Origin: a bacterium
Lineage (GTDB): Bacteria; Verrucomicrobiota; Verrucomicrobiia; Limisphaerales; J093
Reading direction: 5' to 3'
Assembly (NCBI GenBank): GCA_021780105.1
Contig: JAJXZJ010000060.1
Span: 74,691 to 138,690, forward strand
DNA: 64,000 nucleotides
The notes beneath the pieces were generated by a model, which saw only the letters and a program-made list of their open reading frames with translations, was not told the DNA's origin and ran no database searches. Each line of letters starts with the position of its first letter. The stretch's first letter is position 1. Below, piece by piece: positions 27,181-36,801 of this stretch. The translations under genes and the position numbers were made by a program.

Positions 27181-28347
27181 ATGAAAACCAAACCTGCCGA
27201 AGCCACCGCCCGCCCGCCGCGCCGCGGCTCCCAACCACCCGCCCGCCCCGTCGAATCGTCGCTGGCGTTCAGCCCGTTTCTCGCCGGTCTGCCGGTGTAC
27301 CAGCCGGGCCGGCCGATTGACGAAGTCGCCCGCGAGCTGGGCCTGCCGACGGCTGACATCATCAAGCTGGCCTCGAACGAAAACCCGCTCGGCCCCTCGC
27401 CGAAAGCCATCGCCGCGATGCGCACCGCGCTGCCGCAACTCCACCTTTACCCCGATGGCAACGCCTTTTACCTGAAGCGCAAACTGGCCGAGAAACTCGC
27501 CGTGACGCCGGAGCACCTGATCCTCGGCAACGGCTCCAACGAGGTGCTCGAATTCGCCGGCCACGCGCTGATCCAGCCGGGCGACGAGGTGCTGGTTTCG
27601 CAGTATTGCTTCGCCGTGTATCCGATCGTCACCGCGCTGTTCGGCGGGCAGTTGGTGACCGTGCCGGCGAAGCGTTTCGGCCACGACCTGCCGGCGATGC
27701 TGCGGGCGGTCACGCCCCGGACGCGGATCGTGTTCGTCGCCAATCCCAACAACCCCACCGGCACGCTGGCCTCGCCGCGCGCCGTGCTGCGGTTCATCAA
27801 CGGCCTGCCGCCGCACGTCCTGCTGGTGATGGACGAGGCCTATCTCGAATTCCTCGAACAGCCGCCCGACCTGGTGCCGTTGGTGCGCGAGGGCCGCCGG
27901 CCCAACCTGCTCCTCACCCGGACGTTTTCCAAGATTTACGGCCTGGCGGGGCTGCGGCTCGGCTACGGCATCGGCCACCCCGCGCTCGTCGCCGCGCTGG
28001 AGAAGGTCCGCGAGCCGTTCAACATCAACGCGCTCGCCCAGACGGCCGCGCTGGCGGCGCTGGACGACGCCGAGCACACGCGCAAAACGCGGGCGAACAA
28101 CACCGCCGGCCTGCGCTTCTTCGAGCAGGCGTGCCGCGAATTGAAGCTCGAATTCATTCCGTCCGCCGGCAATTTCCTGCTCGTGAAGGTCGGCGACGGC
28201 GCGCGCATTTTCGCCGAACTGCAACGGCGCGGGGTCATCGTCCGGCCGATGGGCGGCTACCAGTTGCCGGAATGGGTGCGCGTCTCCATTGGCACGCCCG
28301 CCGAAAACGCGCGCTGCGTCGCGGGGTTGCGCGAGCTGCGCGGCTGA
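27181..28347 (+). CDS. hisC: histidinol-phosphate aminotransferase
   Basis: ..KLASNENPLGPSP.., ..NPNNPTG.., ..RTFSKIYGLAGLRLGY.. (PLP lysine motif). Confidence 0.9.
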   Translation: MKTKPAEATARPPRRGSQPPARPVESSLAFSPFLAGLPVYQPGRPIDEVARELGLPTADIIKLASNENPLGPSPKAIAAMRTALPQLHLYPDGNAFYLKRKLAEKLAVTPEHLILGNGSNEVLEFAGHALIQPGDEVLVSQYCFAVYPIVTALFGGQLVTVPAKRFGHDLPAMLRAVTPRTRIVFVANPNNPTGTLASPRAVLRFINGLPPHVLLVMDEAYLEFLEQPPDLVPLVREGRRPNLLLTRTFSKIYGLAGLRLGYGIGHPALVAALEKVREPFNINALAQTAALAALDDAEHTRKTRANNTAGLRFFEQACRELKLEFIPSAGNFLLVKVGDGARIFAELQRRGVIVRPMGGYQLPEWVRVSIGTPAENARCVAGLRELRG

Positions 28348-28388
28348 GCGGCCGCCGGTGCCGGCGCGTTCCGCCGGGGAACGCGGGA

Positions 28389-28417
28389 TTGAATCCCGCG
28401 CGCCGCCGTGGCAGGAT
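28389..28417 (+). promoter_or_regulatory. sigma70-like promoter of the S1 peptidase gene (leaderless layout)
   Basis: TTGAAT 28389-28394, 17-nt spacer, CAGGAT 28412-28417, then 7 nt to ATG 28425. Confidence 0.4.
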
Positions 28418-28424
28418 CGCCGCC

Positions 28425-29495
28425 ATGAGGACTCTCCGGTTGGCGCTGGCGCTGGCGTTGCTCGGCGGCGCGGTCCGCCTGGCGGCGATGATTTTCTACG
28501 CGAGTGGCGACGCAAACTACAACACCACGGCCCCCACCGGCAGCCTGACGAACAGCGGCTGGCAATGGCAGGGTTACTGGCACGGCTTTTGCGGCACGTC
28601 CATCGGCACCAACCTGTTCATCACCGCGCAGCACGTCGGCGGCGTGACGGGCAACACCTTCTCGTTCGCCGGCACGGATTACCGGACGGTGGCCCGGTTT
28701 GCGGACACGAACAGCGATCTCGTGATCTGGCAGGTGTGCGGCACGTTTCCCAGCTTTGCGCCGCTTTACCAGACGGGCGATGAAATCTACCGCGCCTGCG
28801 TGGTCTTCGGGCGCGGGGTGACGCGCGGCAGCGAGGTGACGATCACCAACAACGGCACGGCCGCCGTGCGCGGCTGGCATTGGGGCGCGGCGGACGACCG
28901 CCTCCGGTGGGGCGTGAACAAGATCACCGCACTGTCCACGGGCGGCATCGGCACGGCACGGCTGCTCGTGGCGCCGTTCGACCGCAACGGCGGCGCCAAC
29001 GCGGCCGCGCTCGGCAGCGGCGACTCCGGCGGCGCGGTGTTCATCAACAACTCCGGCTGGCGGCTGGCCGGCATCAATTTCGCCGTGGACGGGCCTTACA
29101 ATTACGTCGCCAACGGCCCCGGCTTTTTCGCGGCGTTGTTCGATGCCAGCGGTCTTTACGATGAAGTGGACACGAACGTCTGGAAGCTGGTCGCCACCGC
29201 CCAGCCCTCGGCGTTTTACGCCACGCGGATTTTTGACCGGCTGGCGTGGATCCGCAGCGTGATCGCGGCGCATGACGGCCAGCAACCGGCGCCGGCGCTG
29301 GAGGCGGCGGATACCGTGACCGGACCGTTCATGACGGTGACCGGCGCCGTGGTGAACGCCACCGCGCAGACGATCACCGTGCCCATGCCCGCCAAACCGC
29401 AATTCTACCGTCTCAACGGCTGCGTGTCGCTGCAGGTGAGCAGCGTGAAATTCTCCGGCGGTAAACTGGTGTTGACCTGGACGAATGGCAGTTGA
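28425..29495 (+). CDS. secreted trypsin-like (S1 family) serine peptidase
   Basis: ATG 28425. Signal peptide MRTLRLALALALLGGAVRLAA. His motif ..FITAQHVGG.., Asp ..NSDLVIW.., Ser ..GSGDSGGAVF.. Confidence 0.65.
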   Translation: MRTLRLALALALLGGAVRLAAMIFYASGDANYNTTAPTGSLTNSGWQWQGYWHGFCGTSIGTNLFITAQHVGGVTGNTFSFAGTDYRTVARFADTNSDLVIWQVCGTFPSFAPLYQTGDEIYRACVVFGRGVTRGSEVTITNNGTAAVRGWHWGAADDRLRWGVNKITALSTGGIGTARLLVAPFDRNGGANAAALGSGDSGGAVFINNSGWRLAGINFAVDGPYNYVANGPGFFAALFDASGLYDEVDTNVWKLVATAQPSAFYATRIFDRLAWIRSVIAAHDGQQPAPALEAADTVTGPFMTVTGAVVNATAQTITVPMPAKPQFYRLNGCVSLQVSSVKFSGGKLVLTWTNGS

Positions 29496-29623
29496 CCGCC
29501 CTCAGCCAGATGAATGGCGCTGGGTGGGAACCTGATTCTCCTGGTTTGATGGAATCGCGAGTCTGGTCTCCGCTCGGAGGTCTTCCCGCCGGTTTTGGCC
29601 TCGCGGCGTGTTGACTGGGCGAC

Positions 29624-30007
29624 CTAAACGGCGCTCTCCAGCAGGGCTACCGCGCAGGCGTGCTGCTGCGTATGGCTGAGGCTGAGTTGAATTTGCCCGC
29701 CGCCGCGGCGCGCGAGCAGGTCCAGCCCGCGGTCGTGGAGGATGACGAAAGGCTGGCCCGATTCGCGCCGCCCCACCTCCATGTCGAGCCAGCCAAGTTC
29801 CGCGCCAATGCCGGTGCCGAAGGCTTTCGAGATCGCCTCTTTCGCCGCAAATCGTGCCGCCAGGTGCGGCGCCGGCTGGCTGAACGCCAGGCAGTAGGCG
29901 ATCTCGGCCGGCCGGAGAATCCGGTTCAGAAAACGCTCGCCGAACCGTTCGTGCGAGGCGCGGATGCGCTCCACCTCGATGAGGTCAATGCCGACGCCGA
30001 GGATCAT
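29624..30007 (-). CDS. acpS: holo-[acyl-carrier-protein] synthase
   Basis: 127 aa, MILGVGIDLIEVERI.., AcpS family. Confidence 0.9.
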   Translation of the reverse strand: MILGVGIDLIEVERIRASHERFGERFLNRILRPAEIAYCLAFSQPAPHLAARFAAKEAISKAFGTGIGAELGWLDMEVGRRESGQPFVILHDRGLDLLARRGGGQIQLSLSHTQQHACAVALLESAV

Positions 30008-30011
30008 CCAG

Positions 30012-30752
30012 TCAGCCTTGGTAGTCCTGCATCAACTCGAGCATCTCCTTGACGGCCGCCGGCAGGCCGACGGCCACCGCGCGGCTGACGATGCTGTGGC
30101 CGATGTTCAACTCCACCAGGTGCGGCACGTGGCGGAGGAAGGGCAGGTTGCCGTAGTTCAGTCCGTGGCCGGCGTTGACGCGCAGCCCCAGTTCGTGCGC
30201 CTGTCGGGCCGCCGCGGCGAGGCGGGCCAGCTCGCCTTCGCGCTGGGCCGGCTCGGAAAAATGTTCCGCGAGCGCCCCCGTGTGCAATTCGATGAATTGC
30301 GCGCCGGCCTTCGCCGCGGCTTCCACCTGGGCCGCGTCCGGCGCAATGAAGAAACTCACTTCGATGCCGGCGTCGTTCAGCCGCTGGCGCGTGGTGGCGA
30401 GCGCCAGCAGATGGGCCGCCACGTCGAGGCCGCCCTCGGTGGTCACCTCCTGCCGTCGTTCGGGCACCATGCAAACGATGTCCGGCTTCAGCTCCAGCGC
30501 GAGGGTGACGATTTCCGGCGCGTTGGCCATTTCCAGGTTCAGCCGCGTGGTGACGATCTCGCGCAGCTTGCGGATGTCGCGATCCTGAATGTGCCGCCGA
30601 TCCTCGCGGAGATGGGCGGTGACGCCGTGCGCGCCGGCGGCTTCGCACATGCGGGCGGCCTCGATGGGATCGGGTTCGCCGAATCCACGGCCGCGATAGC
30701 GTGCCTCGCGGAGGGTGGCGACGTGGTCAATATTGACACCTAGTTTCAGCAT
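30012..30752 (-). CDS. pdxJ: pyridoxine 5'-phosphate synthase
   Basis: [18 protein letters not shown].., ..[12 protein letters not shown].., ..ELHTG.. PdxJ hallmarks. Confidence 0.95.
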   Translation of the reverse strand: MLKLGVNIDHVATLREARYRGRGFGEPDPIEAARMCEAAGAHGVTAHLREDRRHIQDRDIRKLREIVTTRLNLEMANAPEIVTLALELKPDIVCMVPERRQEVTTEGGLDVAAHLLALATTRQRLNDAGIEVSFFIAPDAAQVEAAAKAGAQFIELHTGALAEHFSEPAQREGELARLAAAARQAHELGLRVNAGHGLNYGNLPFLRHVPHLVELNIGHSIVSRAVAVGLPAAVKEMLELMQDYQG

Positions 30753-30759
30753 AATCAGG

Positions 30760-32442
30760 TCACGGCGATTGGGGTTTCACCGCGGGCATTGGCGGCGGCG
30801 GAACCGGGCGGAGGGTTCTGGCCGCGGCGGCCGGCGGCCGGCTTTTGCCCTTCGGATGAGGAAGTGAAAACACCGACGGCGGCTCGGTCAATTTCGGGAA
30901 CGCCGGATCGTCGAGCCAGCGCAGCAGCAACACCAGTTCGAAGCCGGTCAGGCCCGCGGAGGAAGTCCGGACGGCTTCCAGTTCGCGCGGCGCGGCCACG
31001 GACACCGTCGTCACGGAATTGCCGAGGAAGCGGGTCACGTTGGTGTCCTGGGGCCAGCGCACCGCGGGGCTGTTGGTGGCCGGAGGCAGGTAGTTCGAGA
31101 GCATCCGGCGCATTGCGGTCAGATTGCGCCAGTCGTTCAGGCGGTGCTGGGTGATTTCCCAGTCGTAATACACCAGGTTCGACGAACTGTTCAACTGGTC
31201 GAACAGCTCCGGCGGCGGCGGCTGGTGCTTGGCGATGATGGGAAAGACGCCGGCCAGAACGAAGTCCTCATCCGGCGGGTCCGCCGGCCGCAGAAATGGC
31301 ACCAGGATCGGCAGGCCGGTCCAGGCGAGGCGATGGTAATTCGTCTCGTAGCCAACCCGGCCCGCGTGGATGCGCGGGAACCAGTTGGTGGCCAGGGTGG
31401 GCAGGCGCCCGGCCACGGCCGGCAGGGCGTTGCTCGCCCCGGGCCAGGCCCACGCGAGAAACGTCTCGAAGGGCACCTGCGCAAGTCCCCAGCCGAACAC
31501 CTGGTTCGGCGCCGGCATGCCAAGCTCACGGACGGTTGGCTGGTCCGCCAGCCACGCGCCCAGACCGCGCACCGCGGTGAAACTGATGATCGGATCGGAA
31601 ATCGTGTTGGTCGGGATGCGCCACGGGTCCAGCTTCAGGTTGAGATCGCCGGCGAAGTTGAACCGCGCGGTCGAGCGCACGTTGGCGCCCTTGCCCCCCA
31701 CGCTCAACCGCAGCCGCGGGCAGTCCGGCGTCACCGGCACGGCAAACAATTTCGCGAGCGCCGGCAGGTTCGCCTCCAGGTCCAGCCAGCTCCCGGCGGA
31801 CCGCGGAGTCGAACCGGCCCGCTTGGCGAGTTCAGCCTCCGCGGTCAAGGGTGCGCGGCCAAGGCTGGCAAACGTCCAGTCGCCCTTCCGGGAAAAGTGC
31901 GACACGGCCGCGCCCGCGTTCCAGTCCGCTTCCCGGCCACGGCCGGCCGGACCGTGCCACGCGGCGGACTTGGTCGCGCCAAACGCCGCCATCAAAGCCT
32001 GCCAGTTCGTTTCCCAACGCGCGGAGGCGGCCGCATCGAGCCGCGCGGCCAGGGCCAGTTCGGTCACTTCAGCGTCGTTGCCGCGCAACGCCACCCAGGA
32101 TTCAACCTGGAGCAGGTCGTCCAACAGCGGCCGGAGCAGGGTCGCGGGCGCCGGATTGGAAACCGCCAGATGCGTGGGGAACAACATGGCCGGCGTCGCG
32201 GCAAGTTTGTCCAGCGAGGCGTCAATCAAGGTTCGTGACGACGCCTGGGCCAGAATGTCGCGCAGGCGGGTCGCGTTGGTGTCGCCGCGCAGCGCCTCGG
32301 TGCCGGCGAAGTGCCAGGCCACCAGCGGCACCCCGGCCGGCGCGTCTGCCGCGGCGGCGGCCGATGTCCAGAAACCGGACACCATGACCAGGGCGACGCC
32401 GGCGGCGGCAAGGGCGAATTTACTCATATCGGCGAAACTCAT
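30760..32442 (-). CDS. hypothetical exported protein (about 560 aa)
   Basis: Long GC3-rich ORF ending 7 nt upstream of pdxJ. N-terminus [34 protein letters not shown] (signal peptide); Pro-rich C-terminal tail. The track start 32448 is TTG; ATGs lie at 32442 and 32427. No domain recognised. Confidence 0.55.
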   Translation of the reverse strand: MSFADMSKFALAAAGVALVMVSGFWTSAAAAADAPAGVPLVAWHFAGTEALRGDTNATRLRDILAQASSRTLIDASLDKLAATPAMLFPTHLAVSNPAPATLLRPLLDDLLQVESWVALRGNDAEVTELALAARLDAAASARWETNWQALMAAFGATKSAAWHGPAGRGREADWNAGAAVSHFSRKGDWTFASLGRAPLTAEAELAKRAGSTPRSAGSWLDLEANLPALAKLFAVPVTPDCPRLRLSVGGKGANVRSTARFNFAGDLNLKLDPWRIPTNTISDPIISFTAVRGLGAWLADQPTVRELGMPAPNQVFGWGLAQVPFETFLAWAWPGASNALPAVAGRLPTLATNWFPRIHAGRVGYETNYHRLAWTGLPILVPFLRPADPPDEDFVLAGVFPIIAKHQPPPPELFDQLNSSSNLVYYDWEITQHRLNDWRNLTAMRRMLSNYLPPATNSPAVRWPQDTNVTRFLGNSVTTVSVAAPRELEAVRTSSAGLTGFELVLLLRWLDDPAFPKLTEPPSVFSLPHPKGKSRPPAAAARTLRPVPPPPMPAVKPQSP

Positions 32443-32519
32443 TGCCAAAGAACGGCCCGTTTAGCAAACGGAAAGGCAGACCGCGGCGCCGGACAACTAC
32501 ACCGTAATTGCACAATGAG

Positions 32520-32548
32520 TTGCCAAAATCCGCGCCGTGTCCTAATCA
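32520..32548 (+). promoter_or_regulatory. sigma70-like promoter of the lipoprotein-resB-ccsA operon (leaderless layout)
   Basis: TTGCCA 32520-32525, 17-nt spacer, TAATCA 32543-32548, then 6 nt to GTG 32555. AT-rich patch. Confidence 0.4.
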
Positions 32549-32554
32549 TAAGTT

Positions 32555-33676
32555 GTGTATTTGAATGAACGACAGCGCCTGCGGGCGGTGGCGTCGCTGG
32601 CGGTGGGGCTGGCGCTGCTGTCCGTCACTGGCTGCAACCGCAGTGAAGTCCGCGCCTACCGTGCGCCGAAAAGCGACAGTGCCCCGCCCGCCATGGCCGC
32701 AGCAGCGGAGGAATCCGCGCCGGCCGCCGTCCACTGGAAACTGCCCGCCGGCTGGCAGGAACAGCCGGCCAGCGCAATGCGCGTCGGCTCGTTTGCCGTC
32801 ACCGGCGCCGACGGGCAGAAGGCCGACGTGAGCATCATCCCGCTGGTGGGGATGGGTGGCAGCGACCTGGACAACGTGAATCGCTGGCGCGGCCAGGTGG
32901 GGCTGCCGCCGATCAGCCAGGAGGAGATGGCAAAGGCGTCCGAGGCGGTGTCCATCGCTGGCGACAAGGCGCTCCTGTTCGACATCGCCGGCACGCCGCC
33001 CGGAGAAACGAAAACGACGCGCCTGCTCGCTGCCGTGTTGCATCGCGAGGGCACGGCCTGGTTTTTCAAAATGACCGGCGACGATAAGCTGGTGGCCCGG
33101 CAGAAGCCGGCGTTTGTCGGGTTTTTGAAGGACGTCACCTTCGAGGCCACGGCGGCTGCGGCGTCGGATCTGCCACCGGGGCACCCGCCGTTGACGGACA
33201 ACGGAAACGAGGTGGCGCCCGGCGTGCCGGCGCCCGCCGCCGCGCCCGCGGCAGAGGCCGCGGGCAAGCCCGTCTGGGACGTGCCGGCCGGCTGGCAGGC
33301 GGAGGCGCCCGGTCCGATGCAGTTGGCGAGATTCACCACCGGCGCGGAAGGTGCGCAGGCGGAGATCACGGTGGTGAGCCTGCCGGGCAGCGCGGGCGGC
33401 ACGCTGGCGAACGTGAACCGCTGGCGTGGCCAGATCGGTTTGCCGCCGGTGACTGACGCCGAACTGCCCAAGTTGACCAGCCCGGTTGCCGGTGCGGACG
33501 CCGGGGCCATTCTGGTGGACCTGGCGAACCCGGATCAAAAACGCCGGTTGATCGCGGCGGCGGTGCCCCACGGCGGCAGCACCTGGTTTTACAAATTGAG
33601 CGGTGACGACGCTGCGGCCGGCCGCGCGAAGGAAGCCTTCGTTCAGTTTGTCCAAAGCGTGAAGTATGCTCCTTGA
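32555..33676 (+). CDS. lipoprotein with an internally duplicated ~135-aa domain of unknown function
   Basis: GTG start. Lipobox LLSVTGC. Two homologous halves (about 32729-33142 and 33269-33667) share W.(L/V)PAGWQ, NVNRWRGQ(V/I)GLPP and (T/S)WF(F/Y)K(M/L)(T/S)GDD. Confidence 0.6.
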   Translation: MYLNERQRLRAVASLAVGLALLSVTGCNRSEVRAYRAPKSDSAPPAMAAAAEESAPAAVHWKLPAGWQEQPASAMRVGSFAVTGADGQKADVSIIPLVGMGGSDLDNVNRWRGQVGLPPISQEEMAKASEAVSIAGDKALLFDIAGTPPGETKTTRLLAAVLHREGTAWFFKMTGDDKLVARQKPAFVGFLKDVTFEATAAAASDLPPGHPPLTDNGNEVAPGVPAPAAAPAAEAAGKPVWDVPAGWQAEAPGPMQLARFTTGAEGAQAEITVVSLPGSAGGTLANVNRWRGQIGLPPVTDAELPKLTSPVAGADAGAILVDLANPDQKRRLIAAAVPHGGSTWFYKLSGDDAAAGRAKEAFVQFVQSVKYAP

Positions 33677-34826
33677 CCGCACCGTTAGGTTTCTCGCGTC
33701 GCTGCGGCTGACGGTGGTTTGCCTCGCCTTTGCCATCGTGCTGGTGTTTGCGGGCACGATGGCGCAGGTGGACCAGGGCATCTACGCGGTGCAGGCGAAT
33801 TACTTCCGCAGCCTGTTTGTCCGCTGGCCGGTTCCCCACACCGGGTGGAGCATTCCGGTGTTGCCGGGCGGGTATCTGGTCGGCGGCGTGTTGCTGGTCA
33901 ATCTTTTGTTCGCCCATTTCAAGCGGTTCGGCCTGCGGTGGAACAAGACCGGCCTGCTGATGATTCATTTCGGATTGATTCTGCTGCTCCTCGGCCAGCT
34001 CGCCACCGACCTGCTCCAGCGGGAAAGCACGATGCTGCTGGCCAAGGGCCAGACCAAAAACTACTCCGAGGACATGCGTCTGAACGAGCTGGCCATCACC
34101 GACACCACCGATGCGAAGAACGACCAGGTGGTCGCCATCCCGGAGAAAATGCTGGCGAACGGCGGCGAAATCCGGCACCCGGCGCTGCCGTTCACGGTGA
34201 AGGTGATCAACTACTGGCCGAACTGCCGGTTGTTCACCAACGCGGTGCCCGGCTCGGTGCCGGTGACGGCGACGCAGGGCGTCGGCGCGGCGTTGCATGT
34301 GCTGACCGAGCCGCCCGCCACCGGCATGGACGACCGCAGTCTGCCCGGTGCCGTGGTGGAGTTGATTGGTCCGCGCGGTCCGCTGGGCACATGGCTGGTG
34401 TCGGCGATGCTGGGCGCGCGACAGCCGTTTGTCTTCGACAATCACAACTACACGATCGCCCTCCGGCCGGCGCGCTACGAACAGCCGTTCAGCCTGACGC
34501 TCCTCGAACCGCGCCACGATGTCTATGCCGGCACGGACATTCCCAAGAATTTCTCCAGCCGCGTGCGGCTGCGCCGGCCCGACACCGGCGAGGACCGCGA
34601 GGTGGTGATCCGGATGAACAACCCGCTGCGCTACGGCGGGCTGACGTTTTATCAATACCAGATGGCGGCGGAATCCCCGGAGCACACCTCCACCCTCCAG
34701 GTGGTGCGCAACCCCGGCTGGCTGACGCCGTATCTTTCTTGTGCGCTGATCTTCGTCGGGCTGCTGGTGCAGTTCTTGATCCATCTGATCGGCTTTGTGA
34801 AACGCCGGAAACCCAGTGAGGCTTGA
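33666..34826 (+). CDS. resB: cytochrome c biogenesis protein ResB/Ccs1 (system II)
   Basis: ATG 33666 overlaps the upstream stop by 11 nt. ResB-like N-terminal TM (LRLTVVCLAFAIVLVFAGT), a large periplasmic domain and a C-terminal TM. Confidence 0.8.
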   Translation: MLLDRTVRFLASLRLTVVCLAFAIVLVFAGTMAQVDQGIYAVQANYFRSLFVRWPVPHTGWSIPVLPGGYLVGGVLLVNLLFAHFKRFGLRWNKTGLLMIHFGLILLLLGQLATDLLQRESTMLLAKGQTKNYSEDMRLNELAITDTTDAKNDQVVAIPEKMLANGGEIRHPALPFTVKVINYWPNCRLFTNAVPGSVPVTATQGVGAALHVLTEPPATGMDDRSLPGAVVELIGPRGPLGTWLVSAMLGARQPFVFDNHNYTIALRPARYEQPFSLTLLEPRHDVYAGTDIPKNFSSRVRLRRPDTGEDREVVIRMNNPLRYGGLTFYQYQMAAESPEHTSTLQVVRNPGWLTPYLSCALIFVGLLVQFLIHLIGFVKRRKPSEA

Positions 34827-34829
34827 ACC

Positions 34830-36743
34830 ATGAAGACGCCTGTTTCAACCCGGATCATTCCCTGGCTTGTCGTCGCCGCCTGCGCGTGGTGGGTGGTGGC
34901 GGCGTTGTGGCCGCCGCGCAACTCCGGCGCGTTTGACACCGACGGCTTTGCCCGGCTGCCGGTGCTGTTGAAGGGCCGACTGCAGCCGCTGGATTCGGTC
35001 GCGCGGAATTCCCTGTTGATCATCCGCGGCAAACAATCGGTCGCCCTGCCGCATGGCGGCAGCCTGTCCCCGACGGACTGGCTGTTGGAGGTCACGATGA
35101 AGCCGGAGCTCGCGGACAAGCTGCCCATTTTTCGCGTGGATCATCCCGAACTGCGCGGATTGCTGCGGCTGCCGCCGACGGGGAGCATGGATGTCAGCTA
35201 CGCCGACCTCGAACCGCAGCTCGCCGAGATTGACAAGCAGGCCCGCCACGCCGACAGCGTGGATGCCGCGGCGCGGAGCACGTTTGACAAGGCCGTGCTC
35301 AAGCTGGGCAGCGGCCTGATCGTTTATCAGCGGCTGAAAAACAGTTTGCGTCCGGAAAGCGCGGACGATTTTCACGCCGAGGTGGCCGCATTTCAGGAGG
35401 CGCTCGCGCCGGGCATGGAGGCGGCCGGCCTGCGCGACAAGAAAAAGCCGTTCGACGAGGCAGCGCTGCGGCGCCTGGCGGGATTGGTGCAACGCTACCA
35501 GGCGCTGGCCGACGAAGCCTACCCGCTGGTCATCCCGCCCACGCATCCGGGAATGCGGCGCGACGACTGGATGAACATCGGCTCGGCGCTGCTCACGGCG
35601 TTGCAGACCGGCCAGGTGCCGCCCGCCGTGATGGATTACGCCACCATGGTCTCCGCCTACCGGCAGAACAAGCCGGCTGAATTCAACCAGGCGGTCGCGA
35701 GCTACCGCGCCCTGCTGGCGGGGAAGTTCACGCCGGAATTGCGGAAGGGCGACCGTGAGTTCGTCTTCAACTGCTGGAGTCCCTTCATCAAGAGCACGAC
35801 GCTGTATCTGCTGGTGTTTCTGCTCGGCTGCGGCTCCTGGTTCGGCTGGTTTCGGTTGCTGAACCGGACCGGGTTTTATCTGCTGGCGCTGGCGTTTGCC
35901 GTGCATACGGCCGGGGTGGTTTTCCGCATGGTGCTGGAAGGCCGGCCGCCGGTGACGAATCTTTACTCATCGGCTGTGTTCGTCGGCTGGGGCGCGGTCT
36001 TGCTGGGCCTGATTCTGGAGCGGGTTTACCGCGACAGCATCGGCCTCGTCATGGCCTCGGCCATCGGCTTCCTCACGCAGATCATCGCGCACAACCTCTC
36101 GCTGGACGGCGAGGACACGATGGGAATGTTGCGCGCGGTGCTGGACACGAATTTCTGGCTTGCCACGCACGTCATCACGGTGACGCTGGGCTACTCGGCG
36201 ACGTTCGTCGCCGGCTTCCTCGCCATGGTGTATGTCCTGCGCGGCTTCTTCACGCGGTCGCTGACGGCGACGACGGCGCGCACGCTGACGCGGATGGTTT
36301 ACGGCATCGTGTGTTTCGCCACGCTGTTCAGTTTCACGGGCACGATCCTCGGCGGGATCTGGGCGGACCAGTCGTGGGGGCGGTTCTGGGGCTGGGATCC
36401 GAAGGAAAACGGCGCGCTGCTCATCGTGTTGTGGAATGCGATCATTTTGCACGCGCGCTGGGGCGGCCTGGTGCGGGAACGGGGAATGATGAATCTCGCT
36501 CTCTTCGGCAACATCGTAACCAGCTTTTCGTGGTTCGGTGTGAACATGCTCGGCGTCGGGCTGCACTCCTACGGGTTCATGGAATCCGCGTTCATCTGGC
36601 TGATGGTCTTCATCGCCACCCAACTGGCGCTGATCGGCCTCGGCCTGCTGCCCGATCAATACTGGGCCAGCTTCCGCGCGCGGACTCCGGCCACAGGTTC
36701 CGCACCGCTGCCCGCCGGCGCCCCCGCCGCCAGCAAGACGTAA
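34830..36743 (+). CDS. ccsA: cytochrome c biogenesis protein CcsA/ResC (long form)
   Basis: Polytopic protein with the Trp-rich haem-handling motif ..WGRFWGWDPKENGAL.. Confidence 0.85.
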   Translation: MKTPVSTRIIPWLVVAACAWWVVAALWPPRNSGAFDTDGFARLPVLLKGRLQPLDSVARNSLLIIRGKQSVALPHGGSLSPTDWLLEVTMKPELADKLPIFRVDHPELRGLLRLPPTGSMDVSYADLEPQLAEIDKQARHADSVDAAARSTFDKAVLKLGSGLIVYQRLKNSLRPESADDFHAEVAAFQEALAPGMEAAGLRDKKKPFDEAALRRLAGLVQRYQALADEAYPLVIPPTHPGMRRDDWMNIGSALLTALQTGQVPPAVMDYATMVSAYRQNKPAEFNQAVASYRALLAGKFTPELRKGDREFVFNCWSPFIKSTTLYLLVFLLGCGSWFGWFRLLNRTGFYLLALAFAVHTAGVVFRMVLEGRPPVTNLYSSAVFVGWGAVLLGLILERVYRDSIGLVMASAIGFLTQIIAHNLSLDGEDTMGMLRAVLDTNFWLATHVITVTLGYSATFVAGFLAMVYVLRGFFTRSLTATTARTLTRMVYGIVCFATLFSFTGTILGGIWADQSWGRFWGWDPKENGALLIVLWNAIILHARWGGLVRERGMMNLALFGNIVTSFSWFGVNMLGVGLHSYGFMESAFIWLMVFIATQLALIGLGLLPDQYWASFRARTPATGSAPLPAGAPAASKT

Positions 36744-36748
36744 CGCAC

Positions 36749-36777
36749 TTGTAACCTGGCCGTCGTTGTTCCAGCAT
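36749..36777 (+). promoter_or_regulatory. sigma70-like promoter of the two-component operon
   Basis: TTGTAA 36749-36754, 17-nt spacer, CAGCAT 36772-36777. It starts 6 nt after the ccsA stop. An in-frame GTG at 36784 lies 6 nt after the -10. Confidence 0.4.
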
Positions 36778-36801
36778 CCGTGCGTGATAACCAAAGCCCG
36801 G

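Noticed and set aside
28365-28400. Two overlapping GC-rich hairpins after hisC, CGCGTTCC/GGAACGCG and CGCGGGA/TCCCGCG, considered as a terminator or attenuator.
   Set aside because: There is no U-tract on either side. The second hairpin loop coincides with the -35 box of the next promoter. Such short GC palindromes are frequent in this DNA.
25981-28515. Very long antisense ORFs opposite well-recognised genes. Examples are 25981-28515 (-) at 844 aa, 20780-22570 (-) at 596 aa, 36610-38304 (-) at 564 aa, 10118-11674 (-), 45587-47164 (-) and 56431-58305 (+).
   Set aside because: They are Arg/Gly/Pro/Ala-rich shadow frames typical of high-GC DNA. Each lies opposite a gene with clear family motifs, and none shows a recognisable domain.
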